DNA from: an uncultured Pseudomonadota bacterium
GTDB taxonomy: Bacteria > Pseudomonadota > Alphaproteobacteria > RF32 > CAG-239
NCBI GenBank assembly: GCA_949286215.1
Contig: CASDYX010000014.1
Location: forward strand, 18,373 to 82,372
DNA length: 64,000 bases
Direction of reading: 5' to 3'
Part shown: positions 1 to 9,743 of the stretch, piece after piece
Layout: the number at the start of each line of letters is the position of its first letter
Numbering within the stretch: the stretch's first letter is position 1
The notes under the pieces: generated by a model
What the model was told of the DNA's origin: nothing
The model's database searches: none
The model's input: the letters and a program-made list of their open reading frames with translations, nothing else
Translations under genes and position numbers: made by a program

Positions 1-20
1 TGTTTTATAGGAGAAAGCTT

Positions 21-470
21 ATGGAAAATAATAGTGAATATAAAGCAAAAGCAGATGAATATATAAGCCAACTTAATCAAAATGGGTTACAATTGTCCGA
101 AAAAGAGAAAGAGATAATTTATAAGCAATTTCAAAAATATGGTCGTCCGGCCACTATGGAAGAAATAATTTCAGATACGGAAGCTAATATACAAAAAATG
201 GATCAAGCCCAGCAAAAAATGGCTGATGCAAAAGCTAAAATAATTGAGAGTTATAAGAAAGTATATAAAGTCGGTGCCGCCTTAGGGGAAGACCACGAAA
301 TTTATAAAGAAGACTTAGCTAAATTGGATAGCATCTATTCCAAAGGAATCTCCGAAAAAGAACTCAATCAAATCAAACAATCAGCTAAAAAAGCTCTAAA
401 GAAAGAAGAATTTCAAGAAAAAGTATTAGGAGGTCCCGAAAGAGACAACCTTGAGAAAATAGCCCATTGA
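21..470 (+). CDS. Hypothetical protein (charged, helical)
   Basis: 149-aa ORF with GGAGA RBS upstream; no motif recognised. Confidence 0.55.
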   Translation: MENNSEYKAKADEYISQLNQNGLQLSEKEKEIIYKQFQKYGRPATMEEIISDTEANIQKMDQAQQKMADAKAKIIESYKKVYKVGAALGEDHEIYKEDLAKLDSIYSKGISEKELNQIKQSAKKALKKEEFQEKVLGGPERDNLEKIAH

Positions 471-691
471 GAAAAATCACAGCTAAATATCCGCAAGAAG
501 AATTTTTTAAAGATGAATTAAATGAGGCAGAAAATAAAGTCAATAACGCTTATGAATCTGTTAACCCCGAGCTTGGACGTCTCAGAAAAGAGGAAAAGGA
601 AGAAATAGCCAAAGGAGTAGATTCTAAAGAGGCTCAAAAGAAAAGACGTACAGCGGTCAAAGCGCATTATAACAAACAAAGTATTAGATAA
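467..691 (+). CDS. Small hypothetical protein
   Basis: 74-aa ORF, TTG start overlapping upstream stop (TTGA), followed by a terminator. Confidence 0.4.
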   Translation: MRKITAKYPQEEFFKDELNEAENKVNNAYESVNPELGRLRKEEKEEIAKGVDSKEAQKKRRTAVKAHYNKQSIR

Positions 692-728
692 AAACAACGG
701 CAGGAGAAAACCCTGCCGTTTGATTTTG
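692..728. terminator. Bidirectional intrinsic terminator
   Basis: AACGGCAGG (696-704)/CCTGCCGTT (712-720) stem with A/T tracts between convergent genes. Confidence 0.7.
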
Positions 729-746
729 TAAACTGAAAATGAACGT

Positions 747-1046
747 CTAAAAGATCTCTATGCTTTTTTTTAGACGGTAAAGTACAAAAACAGATAAAGG
801 GGAAAGCAGAAACAATGCAAAAAATGCATGGTCTGAAGGCTTAAATAAACCCAATCCTCCTAAAACAATAAGGATTGGAGCTGCTCCAAAAATAAATTTT
901 AGGATATGCCAACCATTGGTCTCTGTGTCCTGATCGCAATCAGTCCAGCGATAGACTTTGGGATAGAGATAAATTCCCAAACCTAACAGCAATATTCCAG
1001 CAACAACCAAGGAAATTCCCTGTATAACCATCTTGTCCATAAGCAA
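747..1046 (-). CDS. Small membrane protein
   Basis: 99 aa, about three hydrophobic segments. Confidence 0.6.
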   Translation of the reverse strand: MLMDKMVIQGISLVVAGILLLGLGIYLYPKVYRWTDCDQDTETNGWHILKFIFGAAPILIVLGGLGLFKPSDHAFFALFLLSPLSVFVLYRLKKSIEIF

Positions 1047-1285
1047 TAATATTTAAGTTAAATAAAATAATTAAATTTTCTCAAAATATAAAGATTTAGA
1101 GAAAAAAGTCAAGAAAGGAAATAAAACTTCATTCACGTTAAATGTTGCAAAACATCTAAACTCATCGACCTCTTGAACTGACAAAATCTTCATCACTATA
1201 AGCAACTTATTTTTTATTTACTTTTCAAAATGAATACTTATAATGCGAGTCAAATAAATATAATTGTATCATCTAATAAATTTTT

Positions 1286-1639
1286 ATGCGTATGAAAAAT
1301 GTAAAAAAATTATTGTTAATGTTGATGGCTCCTTTATTTACACTTTTTGTGTCTTGGGCATTGTCAATAACACATGAATTTAATTGGCAGGGTATCATCA
1401 TCTTCGTTAGTGTAATTACGCTTTTAGAAATCTGGCTTGCTTTTAGATGTCCTCAAAAACTACTTGCAGCCAGTATAGGCTGGGTTTTGTCCGGAGTACT
1501 TTTTGCTTTTATAGCAACAAAAGGAATACTGGCAGTTTATATTAACTTGTTCGAAACCGTGGCATTGGCAATATTTGCCTTTACCATATTTTTTATTTGT
1601 ATCCCTACCATGATTAGATCCCAAAAACAGAAGCCTTAA
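1286..1639 (+). CDS. Small membrane protein
   Basis: 117 aa, about four hydrophobic segments. Confidence 0.6.
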   Translation: MRMKNVKKLLLMLMAPLFTLFVSWALSITHEFNWQGIIIFVSVITLLEIWLAFRCPQKLLAASIGWVLSGVLFAFIATKGILAVYINLFETVALAIFAFTIFFICIPTMIRSQKQKP

Positions 1640-1681
1640 AAAGCTTCTGTTTTTTATAATATAAAGGAAAATGTAAATAAA

Positions 1682-1711
1682 AAACGACAGCCATTTTCAT
1701 GACTGCCGTTT
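1682..1711. terminator. Imperfect hairpin between convergent genes
   Basis: AAACGaCAGcCAT-tttc-ATGaCTGcCGTTT. Confidence 0.5.
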
Positions 1712-1718
1712 GAATTGG
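1688..1718 (+). repeat. 31-bp direct repeat, copy 1 (copy 2 at 3136-3166)
   Basis: CAGCCATTTTCATGACTGCCGTTTGAATTGG is identical at both positions. Confidence 0.9.
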
Positions 1719-1750
1719 TGATGCTTAACTCACGTTTTACGAAGTGTTAA

Positions 1751-2377
1751 TTACCAATTGTTGATATGTAACCTATCCTCAATATTAATAATTTTTTGTT
1801 TAGGTAGGAAAGCATTTTCAGCAGGATATCCCATTGTTAGTAGACAGATAAACTCGTAGCCTTCCGGTGCATTTACGATTTTTTTAATTTTCTCTGCTTC
1901 ATCCCTTACAGGAATATGAAAAACTGTTCCCAAACCTTCTGCTGTGGCAGCTAGCAACATATTCTCCAGAGCACACCAGGCCGAAGCAAAATAATTAAGG
2001 GAGCTTTGTTCTACAGGTTTAAGCAATGGCCATGTCAATTGGTGAAAAAAGGGAAGAATAAGCAAGCCACTTTGCATTAACATTCTTTGCTGTTTGGGTA
2101 GTGCATCAGCAAACATTGCCATTTTGTCCTTATCATCAGATTCGTCCACCTCAGCTACCAATTTTTTAAATGCGGCCATATTCTTGGCAAGCGGAGCAAT
2201 TACTTTTTCAATATTCTCACGACCACGCACTATGACAAATTCCAGCTGCCTCAGATGGTCGTTGGTTGGTGCCTTGAAGGCAGCACCAATCACTTTTTTA
2301 AGAATTTCATCGCTTACTTCACGATTAGAAAAATCTCGATATGTGCGACGCTTCTCCAATACTTCATAAAATTCCAT
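1751..2377 (-). CDS. Nitroreductase family protein
   Basis: N-terminal KRRTYRDF, AFKAPT and ALENMLLAATAEGLGT motifs. Confidence 0.9.
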   Translation of the reverse strand: MEFYEVLEKRRTYRDFSNREVSDEILKKVIGAAFKAPTNDHLRQLEFVIVRGRENIEKVIAPLAKNMAAFKKLVAEVDESDDKDKMAMFADALPKQQRMLMQSGLLILPFFHQLTWPLLKPVEQSSLNYFASAWCALENMLLAATAEGLGTVFHIPVRDEAEKIKKIVNAPEGYEFICLLTMGYPAENAFLPKQKIINIEDRLHINNW

Positions 2378-2388
2378 TTTATATTCTC

Positions 2389-2841
2389 CTATTTCAACTC
2401 ATCAAATTTTTCCTTCATTATATCTGCAAATAAAGTTGTCAACCGAACGAGTTCGGTAATGTCTTCTTTTTCCTCCAGTTTTTCCATTGCATCAATTTCA
2501 GCCTTAGCTGCCGGCGGAATAATTCTTTCAGCATAATGATAACCATTCTCTGTAAAGCGAATAATTTTGTTTCGACGATCATTTTCGCATTCAGTCAAGC
2601 TAACAAAACCCAATTTTAAAAATTTCTTTACAATCGCACTTATTGTTTGCTTAGTTGCCGACATCCGTTCACAAATATAAGACGGTGAACATCCTTCAGA
2701 TGCAAACCATAGAATATCTAAAACAAATAATTCGTTCGTTGTTAGATTATGTTTTCTGGCATATTGAGTATAAGCGGCATATTGGACATCTCGTAAATGG
2801 CAATATTGATTCACACAAGCTCTTACTTCTTCCCTTTTCAT
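2389..2841 (-). CDS. MarR-family transcriptional regulator
   Basis: 150 aa winged HTH with TKQTISAIVKKF and DRRNKIIRFTENG; directly upstream of the nitroreductase. Confidence 0.88.
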   Translation of the reverse strand: MKREEVRACVNQYCHLRDVQYAAYTQYARKHNLTTNELFVLDILWFASEGCSPSYICERMSATKQTISAIVKKFLKLGFVSLTECENDRRNKIIRFTENGYHYAERIIPPAAKAEIDAMEKLEEKEDITELVRLTTLFADIMKEKFDELK

Positions 2842-3039
2842 AGTCCCTCTTTATTTAAGTAAAATATTTGACGGTCTAATATTTGACTATTATATAAAAA
2901 ATAACCACGAATTGTCAATAGAAAATATGATTTTATAAGTTATTATAAAAAATAAACAAGATTAAAAAAGTTCGGACAAATTGAAAAAATGACTATTAAA
3001 GAAAAAGAAACATCCGAACTCAAGATAAGCCTTGGAAAT

Positions 3040-3279
3040 AAAAGAACCTTCTCTTAGCTTTGCTAGGCTTTAGCCTAAGCCAAAGGTTAGTTGGTCGCGC
3101 AAGTAGGAAACTTGTTTCCGTAGCGGCGCAAACAGCAGCCATTTTCATGACTGCCGTTTGAATTGGAGTCTTGCTTCGTAAGGCTCGCCTGACGGCTTAC
3201 CAACTGCGCTTCGGGCACTTGACTTGTAACATCGCATTCGGAAAGCTGTCGCGTTCCTCAGCGCTTAACAAGTCGGCGC
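3040..3279. other. Hairpin-rich, GC-enriched non-coding element downstream of tRNA-Glu
   Basis: Several short inverted repeats (e.g. CTAGGCTTTAGCCTAAG); no ORF; includes repeat copy 2. Confidence 0.35.
3136..3166 (+). repeat. 31-bp direct repeat, copy 2
   Basis: Identical to 1688-1718. Confidence 0.9.
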
Positions 3280-3326
3280 ATCACCACTAAAAAAAGCGCC
3301 TTAATGGCGCTTTTTTTAGTGGTGAT
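3280..3326 (-). terminator. tRNA-Glu terminator within a perfect 21-bp inverted repeat
   Basis: ATCACCACTAAAAAAAGCGCC-ttaat-GGCGCTTTTTTTAGTGGTGAT. Confidence 0.8.
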
Positions 3327-3395
3327 CCCAACGAGATTCGAACTCGTGTTACCGCCGTGAAAGGGCGATGTCCTAGGCCTCTAGACGATGGGACC
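3320..3395 (-). tRNA. tRNA-Glu (anticodon TTC)
   Basis: GGTCCCATCGTCTAGAGGCCTAGGACATCGCCCTTTCACGGCGGTAACACGAGTTCGAATCTCGTTGGGATCACCA; cloverleaf, GTTCGAA T-loop, encoded CCA. Confidence 0.97.
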
Positions 3396-3413
3396 AGCGA
3401 AAGTACGAAAGCA

Positions 3414-3442
3414 TATATACTTGCAAATTTGCATAAGGTCAA
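3414..3442 (-). promoter_or_regulatory. sigma70-like promoter of tRNA-Glu
   Basis: TTGACC-N17-TATATA on the minus strand. Confidence 0.6.
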
Positions 3443-3548
3443 GTAAAAAAACACCAAAATAATAAATTTTTTTATTTATTTATAAAAAACAGGGAAAATC
3501 AATATGTTAAAAATATTAATTTTCCCTATTGATTATTAAGAAAATAGT

Positions 3549-4202
3549 TTAAGCTGAGAGTGCGCTGTTTTCTTTATTGTAATTAATATCATCAAAAATG
3601 ACTGGAATTTCATTCCTTAATTTAACTAGGAGCATATCCATCACTTCTTGTACGGTAGGGTGAGCTGCCGGAGCACAACGTAGTTTGAAGATATGGCGCC
3701 ATTCTCTTAAATTGGCTGTCATGATAACATCGGCTTTTGTAGAATGCGGCAACAACATTCTCAGTTGGTCAGGACGACAGCCCAAGGCAGCCATTTGATT
3801 ATAATTTTTTTCAATTGTTTGCATGGTGCTGAGCCACAAATCATATTCAGGTGTATTTTCTTTAATGTGGCATGGTTTTATAACAGAAAGCTCATTACCG
3901 AATTTTCCTTTGGAGTAGTTGCAGTAGCGAGTGCTCTCAATCGCAAAAGAGACAAGGCGATGTCTGGTTAAATCTTTATAAACCCCAATATCACAAGTAA
4001 GTTTGACCGTAAGATTATAGTGCTCAATCATTGCCTCATGCCCGAGTTCAAGTAGTTTTTTTATCATGGTGCGGGCTGAATCGGGGGTAATTTTATCTTC
4101 ACTTTTGTAGCAGTTACGAGCGCATAGTTCCAAATGTTTTAAGATAGCTTCTCCATCCAAGGGGGTAATAATCTCAACATGGGGTTCAATAATTTTAACC
4201 AT
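3549..4202 (-). CDS. thyX: FAD-dependent thymidylate synthase
   Basis: GHEAMIEH, RHRLVSFAIESTRY and NLREWRH ThyX signatures. Confidence 0.93.
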   Translation of the reverse strand: MVKIIEPHVEIITPLDGEAILKHLELCARNCYKSEDKITPDSARTMIKKLLELGHEAMIEHYNLTVKLTCDIGVYKDLTRHRLVSFAIESTRYCNYSKGKFGNELSVIKPCHIKENTPEYDLWLSTMQTIEKNYNQMAALGCRPDQLRMLLPHSTKADVIMTANLREWRHIFKLRCAPAAHPTVQEVMDMLLVKLRNEIPVIFDDINYNKENSALSA

Positions 4203-4330
4203 TTTTAGACATCCTTTTTCATAAAACTAAAGATACTTTATAAGTATTACTATCAAACGTCTAGTATTAAAGGAGAGTTATCATACCATAAAAGGCGAAG
4301 GAAGAGACCTTCGCCTTTTATAAGAGAAAT

Positions 4331-4534
4331 TTATAAATACTCATCTAATTTTTTGGAGAGTTTTATAAATATTATCAATATTCCAATTAAAATAATAATG
4401 GAAACAGGCTGCCAATGAATAATCTGATTCGTAATCGAGATTAACCATCCGGCAAATAGACCTAGCCCCACCAGTAAAATGGTCTGAAAAAGGAGCCATA
4501 GCAAAAATTTAAAAAGAGCTGTAATCCACTTCAT
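4331..4534 (-). CDS. Small membrane protein
   Basis: 67 aa, two hydrophobic helices. Confidence 0.45.
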   Translation of the reverse strand: MKWITALFKFLLWLLFQTILLVGLGLFAGWLISITNQIIHWQPVSIIILIGILIIFIKLSKKLDEYL

Positions 4535-4626
4535 AATATAAAAATTATAAGTTCATAAGGTCTCTATAACCTTTTTTTCATAAATTTGCAATAAGAATCA
4601 AAAAAACAAAGTGTTAAGGATATGAG

Positions 4627-6009
4627 ATGAATTCACGCTTAAAATTTATATTATTGCTAGCAATCTTTATTGGTGGTTTTGCAAGCCTTTCGCTGGAATT
4701 AATTGTTATGCGGCAATTAAGCAGTTTTGTTGGCTCCACAGCCATCACCGCCTCAATTATAATTGGTGTTATAATGGCTTTTATGTCTTGGGGATATTAT
4801 GCGGGCTCAATCTATCCCCTCAGAGGAAAAGCTGTACGTCGCCGTGTGGTTCATGCTTTTTATTCTTTGGCGTTGTTGGTTATACTTTCAGCCAGCTATA
4901 TTTTAATAGATTTATATTTTTCGCTAATGGATTGGTTGTCTGTTGATAATAACATCGCCAAAACCTTCATCTATTGTTTGTTGTTGCTGTCTTGTCCGGC
5001 TTATTTGTTTGGGCTTATTACATCGCTGTTGAGTCGCTATTTGCACAAATACAATCGTAACTTTACCGGTAAATTGATGGCGGTGGATACCATAGGTTCA
5101 GTCTTGGGCTCAATTCTTTCCACTTTGGTCTTAATGCCTTTAATTGGGGTAAATTACACCATCGTTTTGTTAGTCGTCTTGTGTTTGCTTGGCGCTAGCT
5201 TATTAAATAAAAAGCCGGAAATCTATTGGTCTGTTCTAATTTTGGCTTTTGCCGTTATGCTCAACCGGAGTTCATTATTATATAAATTGTTTTATATTGT
5301 TGAGAATAACGCAGTTTCCACAATTTCCATCTTTGATACTGACGAAGGTCGGTCAAAGTTTATGTCCATTAACGGGAGTTCATCTTCCAAAATTTCGGCA
5401 GATGAAAAATTGTTGTTTCCTTATATTCGTTATATTGAGCAAAATTTCATCAAAAATCTGCCTCAACAGAAAGTCAGTAATATCCTGATTCTAGGGGCAG
5501 GGGGCTTTACTTTGGGACGAGATGATGACCAAAACACATATACTTACGTTGATGTAGATAAGGTTTTGCTCCCTTTATCTGAGAAATATTTTCTGAAAGA
5601 AAAATTAGGTGCCAATAAAAAATTTGTTGTACAAGATGCCAATCAATTTCTGAAGGAAGATACAACCAAGTATGACTTAATTGTTTTGGATACCTATTCC
5701 TCTGCGCGGGTAATCCCTTCAGATTTGGTAACAAAAGAATATTTTCAGCGCGTTAAAAATCATTTGAAGAGTAATGGCATTGTGGTAATGAATTTAATTA
5801 CCGACGCCGCATTTAAAACCGATTTTAGTATGAATTTGGATAATACCTTGCGTTCGGTTTTCCCGCTTAATCTATCAAGACAAGTTATAGGAGAAATAAA
5901 TCCATGGCAAATAGATGAGCCCAAAAACTTAATCTATGTTTACTATCATCATGCCAACCCGCAGAAAATATATACCATCAATAAAAATAGCTCTTATTTG
6001 GATAACTAA
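4627..6009 (+). CDS. Fused membrane domain / spermidine-synthase-like SAM-dependent methyltransferase
   Basis: About six TM helices followed by ILILGAGG, VDVD, VQDA and YDLIVLDTY motifs. Confidence 0.8.
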   Translation: MNSRLKFILLLAIFIGGFASLSLELIVMRQLSSFVGSTAITASIIIGVIMAFMSWGYYAGSIYPLRGKAVRRRVVHAFYSLALLVILSASYILIDLYFSLMDWLSVDNNIAKTFIYCLLLLSCPAYLFGLITSLLSRYLHKYNRNFTGKLMAVDTIGSVLGSILSTLVLMPLIGVNYTIVLLVVLCLLGASLLNKKPEIYWSVLILAFAVMLNRSSLLYKLFYIVENNAVSTISIFDTDEGRSKFMSINGSSSSKISADEKLLFPYIRYIEQNFIKNLPQQKVSNILILGAGGFTLGRDDDQNTYTYVDVDKVLLPLSEKYFLKEKLGANKKFVVQDANQFLKEDTTKYDLIVLDTYSSARVIPSDLVTKEYFQRVKNHLKSNGIVVMNLITDAAFKTDFSMNLDNTLRSVFPLNLSRQVIGEINPWQIDEPKNLIYVYYHHANPQKIYTINKNSSYLDN

Positions 6010-6040
6010 AAAAATAACCCCCGTCTAAAACGGGGGTTTT
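6008..6040. terminator. Bidirectional terminator
   Basis: AACCCCCGT/ACGGGGGTT stem between convergent genes. Confidence 0.75.
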
Positions 6041-6056
6041 AAGTTTAGAACTAAAA

Positions 6057-6512
6057 CTAGTTAGGAATGACTCTGGCTCTATCCCCAAAGATAATTTGAC
6101 AACGTTGTCCGGGGTTGAGCAAAACATCTCCACCTTGAGTGGTTGAAACGGTGCTTCCGTTATCCAAACGAACAACATATTCATAGCCATATTGTGAGGT
6201 CATTTCTTTTTGCGCCAAGTCTCCGGCAATGCCGCCCAAGATTGCGCCACCGACAGCGCCTAACAAGTGAGCCGTGCTTCCGCCGCCGATTTGCGAGCCG
6301 GCCAAACCACCTGCAATACCGCCGACGGCAGTACCGACACCATTTTGTGTGGCTACTTGAATAGGTCTGACAGAAACCACTGTACAACCTTGAGATTGAG
6401 CCACTTGACCGACGGAACTTGTGTTGTAATAGTTGGAGTTAATATCGCTTGCGCAACCGCTCAAAGAGGCCAAAGCGAAAGGCAAAGCCATTAAAAGAGT
6501 AGATTTATTCAT
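6057..6512 (-). CDS. Outer-membrane lipoprotein with glycine zipper (SlyB/17-kDa antigen-like)
   Basis: Lipobox LSGC; GGIAGGLAG...GGAILGGIAG zipper. Confidence 0.85.
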   Translation of the reverse strand: MNKSTLLMALPFALASLSGCASDINSNYYNTSSVGQVAQSQGCTVVSVRPIQVATQNGVGTAVGGIAGGLAGSQIGGGSTAHLLGAVGGAILGGIAGDLAQKEMTSQYGYEYVVRLDNGSTVSTTQGGDVLLNPGQRCQIIFGDRARVIPN

Positions 6513-6684
6513 AACAGTCTCCTTGCAAAAATGAGAGTAGGTATATATTTATCCATGGATTAACAATTGTCAATGCTGGACAATTAAAGATAAGTGATAT
6601 ATATTAGCCTCCGCGATGGTAAAATTATCGTAAAAAGAAAGAAATCTCAAACAAGAATAAAGGTAATAATTGAGGAAATTTAAG

Positions 6685-8073
6685 ATGTTAAAAAGGACAA
6701 AGATTGTCAGCCTGATTAATGCTGACCAAACGATTGACCAAGTTTTGGTAAAAGGTTGGGTAAGAACCCGCCGTGATTCTAAAGATTTTTCGTTTATTGA
6801 AATAAATGATGGTTCCTGCCTTAAAAATATCCAAGTTATTGCCAATAATAATTTAGCCAACTATGAGGAAGTCAAAAAATTAACCACCGGTTCATCTGTT
6901 GCCATTACCGGTGCATTGGTTGAATCTAAAGGTGGTAACCAAAAATATGAAATTGTTGCCCAAGAAGTAGAAATTTACTCTCTTGCTCCTGATGATTATC
7001 CTCTGCAAAAGAAAAAGCACACCGATGAATATTTGCGCACGATTGCGCACTTAAGACCGCGCACCAACAAATATGGGGCAGCATTCCGTGTTCGTTCAGA
7101 GCTGTCTTTTGCCATTCATAAATTTTTCAATGATCGTGGTTTCCGTTATGTTCACACGCCGATTATCACCGGTTCGGACTGCGAAGGGGCCGGCGAAATG
7201 TTCCAAGTTACCACTTTGGATTTGAACAACGTTCCCAAACTGCCCAATGGTGAAGTTGATTATAGCCAAGACTTTTTCGGTAAAGCTGCGCATTTAACCG
7301 TTTCCGGACAACTCAATGGTGAAATGTATGCTTTGGGCTTGGGCGATATTTATACTTTCGGTCCGACTTTCAGAGCCGAAAACTCCAACACCACGCGCCA
7401 TGCTGCTGAGTTCTGGATGATTGAGCCGGAAATGGCCTTTGCTGATATTTATGATGATATGGACCTGGCTGAGGATATGGTTCGTTTTTGCGTCAAACAT
7501 GTGATGGAAAAATGCGCAGATGACTTAGCTTTGTTTGATAAGTTTGTTGAGCCGGGCTTGATTGCCAAATTGCAAAATATTGTCGATAATGGATTCGCCC
7601 GCATTACCTATGCTGAGGCTATTGAAATTATGCAAAAATCAGGACACAATTTTGAATATAAGCCGGAATTTGGTATTGATATGCAAACCGAGCATGAGCG
7701 CTATTTGGCAGAAACGCACTTCAAACGTCCGGTTATTGTCAGAGATTACCCTAAAGAAATCAAAGCTTTCTATATGCGCTTGAATGATGATGGCCGCACG
7801 GTTGCCGCAATGGATGTTTTGGTTCCAGGCATCGGTGAAATGATTGGTGGTTCTCAACGTGAAGAGCGCTATGATGTTTTGGTTCAAAAAATCAACGAAA
7901 TGGGCATGAAGGAAGAGGACTACTCTTGGTATTTGGATTCGCGCAAATACGGTTCGGTTCCGCATGCCGGATTTGGTCTGGGATTTGAACGTATGATGAT
8001 GTTGGTAACAGGTATTGCCAACATTCGTGACGTTATTCCTTTCCCAAGAACACCGAATAGCATTAATTTTTAA
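6685..8073 (+). CDS. asnS: Asparaginyl-tRNA synthetase
   Basis: [43 protein letters not shown] and GFGLGFER motifs; ATG at 6685 follows GAGGA. Confidence 0.95.
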   Translation: MLKRTKIVSLINADQTIDQVLVKGWVRTRRDSKDFSFIEINDGSCLKNIQVIANNNLANYEEVKKLTTGSSVAITGALVESKGGNQKYEIVAQEVEIYSLAPDDYPLQKKKHTDEYLRTIAHLRPRTNKYGAAFRVRSELSFAIHKFFNDRGFRYVHTPIITGSDCEGAGEMFQVTTLDLNNVPKLPNGEVDYSQDFFGKAAHLTVSGQLNGEMYALGLGDIYTFGPTFRAENSNTTRHAAEFWMIEPEMAFADIYDDMDLAEDMVRFCVKHVMEKCADDLALFDKFVEPGLIAKLQNIVDNGFARITYAEAIEIMQKSGHNFEYKPEFGIDMQTEHERYLAETHFKRPVIVRDYPKEIKAFYMRLNDDGRTVAAMDVLVPGIGEMIGGSQREERYDVLVQKINEMGMKEEDYSWYLDSRKYGSVPHAGFGLGFERMMMLVTGIANIRDVIPFPRTPNSINF

Positions 8074-8084
8074 CTCTTAAGGAG

Positions 8085-8699
8085 ATGAATATGCGCAAGT
8101 TGTTGTTTTTAGCAAGCCTCTTGTCATTCTTGAGCTTTTCAGGCTATTGTGCGGCACAAGAAAGCGAGCTGAAAGAGCAAGTTGCGCAAATTCAAACCGA
8201 AGAAGAAAAAGAGATTGCCGAAGACGGACTTGAGGAAGAAAACACTGTTGAAGAGTTGGATTTATCTCAAACACCTGAAGTCGGTTCTTATATCGAGCAA
8301 GTTCCAACCGTTACGCTGCCTGATTGTAATGATGATGTGTTGATAGCCTTGGTTTCGGCCAAAGTTGCGGAATATTACCAACGCCATCCGGCAGAAAATA
8401 TTTTAGAATATCGCCGTCAGACATTACTGCTCAAAAATTTACGTGCGTTTAATGCGGTTCCGACTGCTGGTTTTACTTCCAAACAAAACTATAATGTAGC
8501 TAATCACTTGCTCATGACCAAAATCAATCTAGGGCTAGAAGATAACGAGGTCAAATTGTGCAAGAATGCCGGTTATGGTAACGCCTCGGATATTTACCTT
8601 CTGATATATCCCCAGAATTTTCAAGCCAAGGTCAGCATTCTGAATCTTACCCAGAACCCGCAAGAAGAATTTTCTGTAATTTATCCGAATATTTTCTAA
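8085..8699 (+). CDS. Exported hypothetical protein
   Basis: Signal-peptide-like N-terminus, acidic linker; GGAG RBS (start may be 8091). Confidence 0.65.
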   Translation: MNMRKLLFLASLLSFLSFSGYCAAQESELKEQVAQIQTEEEKEIAEDGLEEENTVEELDLSQTPEVGSYIEQVPTVTLPDCNDDVLIALVSAKVAEYYQRHPAENILEYRRQTLLLKNLRAFNAVPTAGFTSKQNYNVANHLLMTKINLGLEDNEVKLCKNAGYGNASDIYLLIYPQNFQAKVSILNLTQNPQEEFSVIYPNIF

Positions 8700-8708
8700 T
8701 AACGCCTA

Positions 8709-8737
8709 TTGCAAAATTTCAAAAAAAGGACTAGTAT
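8709..8737 (+). promoter_or_regulatory. sigma70-like promoter upstream of rpoH
   Basis: TTGCAA-N17-TAGTAT. Confidence 0.5.
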
Positions 8738-8806
8738 TCAAAAATGCACTAAAGAGGAATATATTCTTTAGAGCAAGATTTTATAAAGAAAGAAGGTTGA
8801 ATATAT

Positions 8807-9706
8807 ATGTCTGAGAATACAAATGTAATGGTTGTGAACAACAACGCTAAATTACCTCTTGTTATTGAAGAAAACAGTTTATTTGCCTATTTTGAAAGCA
8901 TAAAAAAATTCCCGGTATTAAGTGAAACGGAAGAACAAAATCTGATTGTCGATTTTAAGCAAAACGGCAACTTGAAAGCTGCTGAAAAATTGGTTACCTC
9001 TCATTTGCGTCTGGCAGCCAAAATTGCGCTGACATATCGTCGTTATGGACTTCCTTTAGCTGATATTGTATCTGAAGCAAACATTGGTTTGATGCAAGCT
9101 GTTAAAAAATTTGACCTTGATAAAAAGGTTCGCCTTTCAACCTACGCAATTTGGTGGATTAAGGCGGCCATTAATGATTATATTTTGCGTTCTTGGTCCT
9201 TGGTAAAGATAGGGACGGTTGCAGCGCAAAAGAAGCTGTTCTACAATTTGAGCCGCATTAAGGCACGTTTAGGTTTGTATGAAAATAAAGCCCTTGAGCC
9301 TGAAGTCGTCAAAACCATTGCAAAAGAATTGGTTGTAGATGAGCAAGATGTTGTGGAGATGAATCAACGCCTTGGCGGAGATAAGTCTTTGAACGTTGCC
9401 GCCGGAGATGACGGAACAAGTGAACAGATAGACTTTTTGGTAGATAACCGCCAAAACATAGAGGCTAAAATCGCCAATAAAGAAGAAGCCAAATTCAAAC
9501 AAAAGATTTTGCAAGATTGTTTGAAAAAATTAAATGAGCGTGAGCGTTATATTATCACCAATCGTATGTTGGTTGATGAGCCGGTTACGCTGGAGGAATT
9601 AGGGGCGAAATTTGGTGTCAGCCGCGAGCGTGTTCGTCAAGTAGAAAAGAAGGCTTTTGAGCATTTGTCAGAGCTTGTCAAACTTGCATTAGCGGAAAAA
9701 TTGTGA
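8807..9706 (+). CDS. rpoH: RNA polymerase sigma-32 factor
   Basis: Region 2 (DIVSEANIGLMQAVKKFD, TYAIWWI), RpoH box WSLVKIGTVAAQKKLFYNL, region 4 SRERVRQVE. Confidence 0.93.
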   Translation: MSENTNVMVVNNNAKLPLVIEENSLFAYFESIKKFPVLSETEEQNLIVDFKQNGNLKAAEKLVTSHLRLAAKIALTYRRYGLPLADIVSEANIGLMQAVKKFDLDKKVRLSTYAIWWIKAAINDYILRSWSLVKIGTVAAQKKLFYNLSRIKARLGLYENKALEPEVVKTIAKELVVDEQDVVEMNQRLGGDKSLNVAAGDDGTSEQIDFLVDNRQNIEAKIANKEEAKFKQKILQDCLKKLNERERYIITNRMLVDEPVTLEELGAKFGVSRERVRQVEKKAFEHLSELVKLALAEKL

Positions 9707-9743
9707 TATAATAAAGCTCCACAAACAATAAGGGAACTCAAAG

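Noticed and set aside
3040-3290. tmRNA, RNase P or 6S RNA
   Set aside because: No T-loop (GTTCRA), no RNase P GAGGAAAGTCC core and no long 6S-type duplex recognised.
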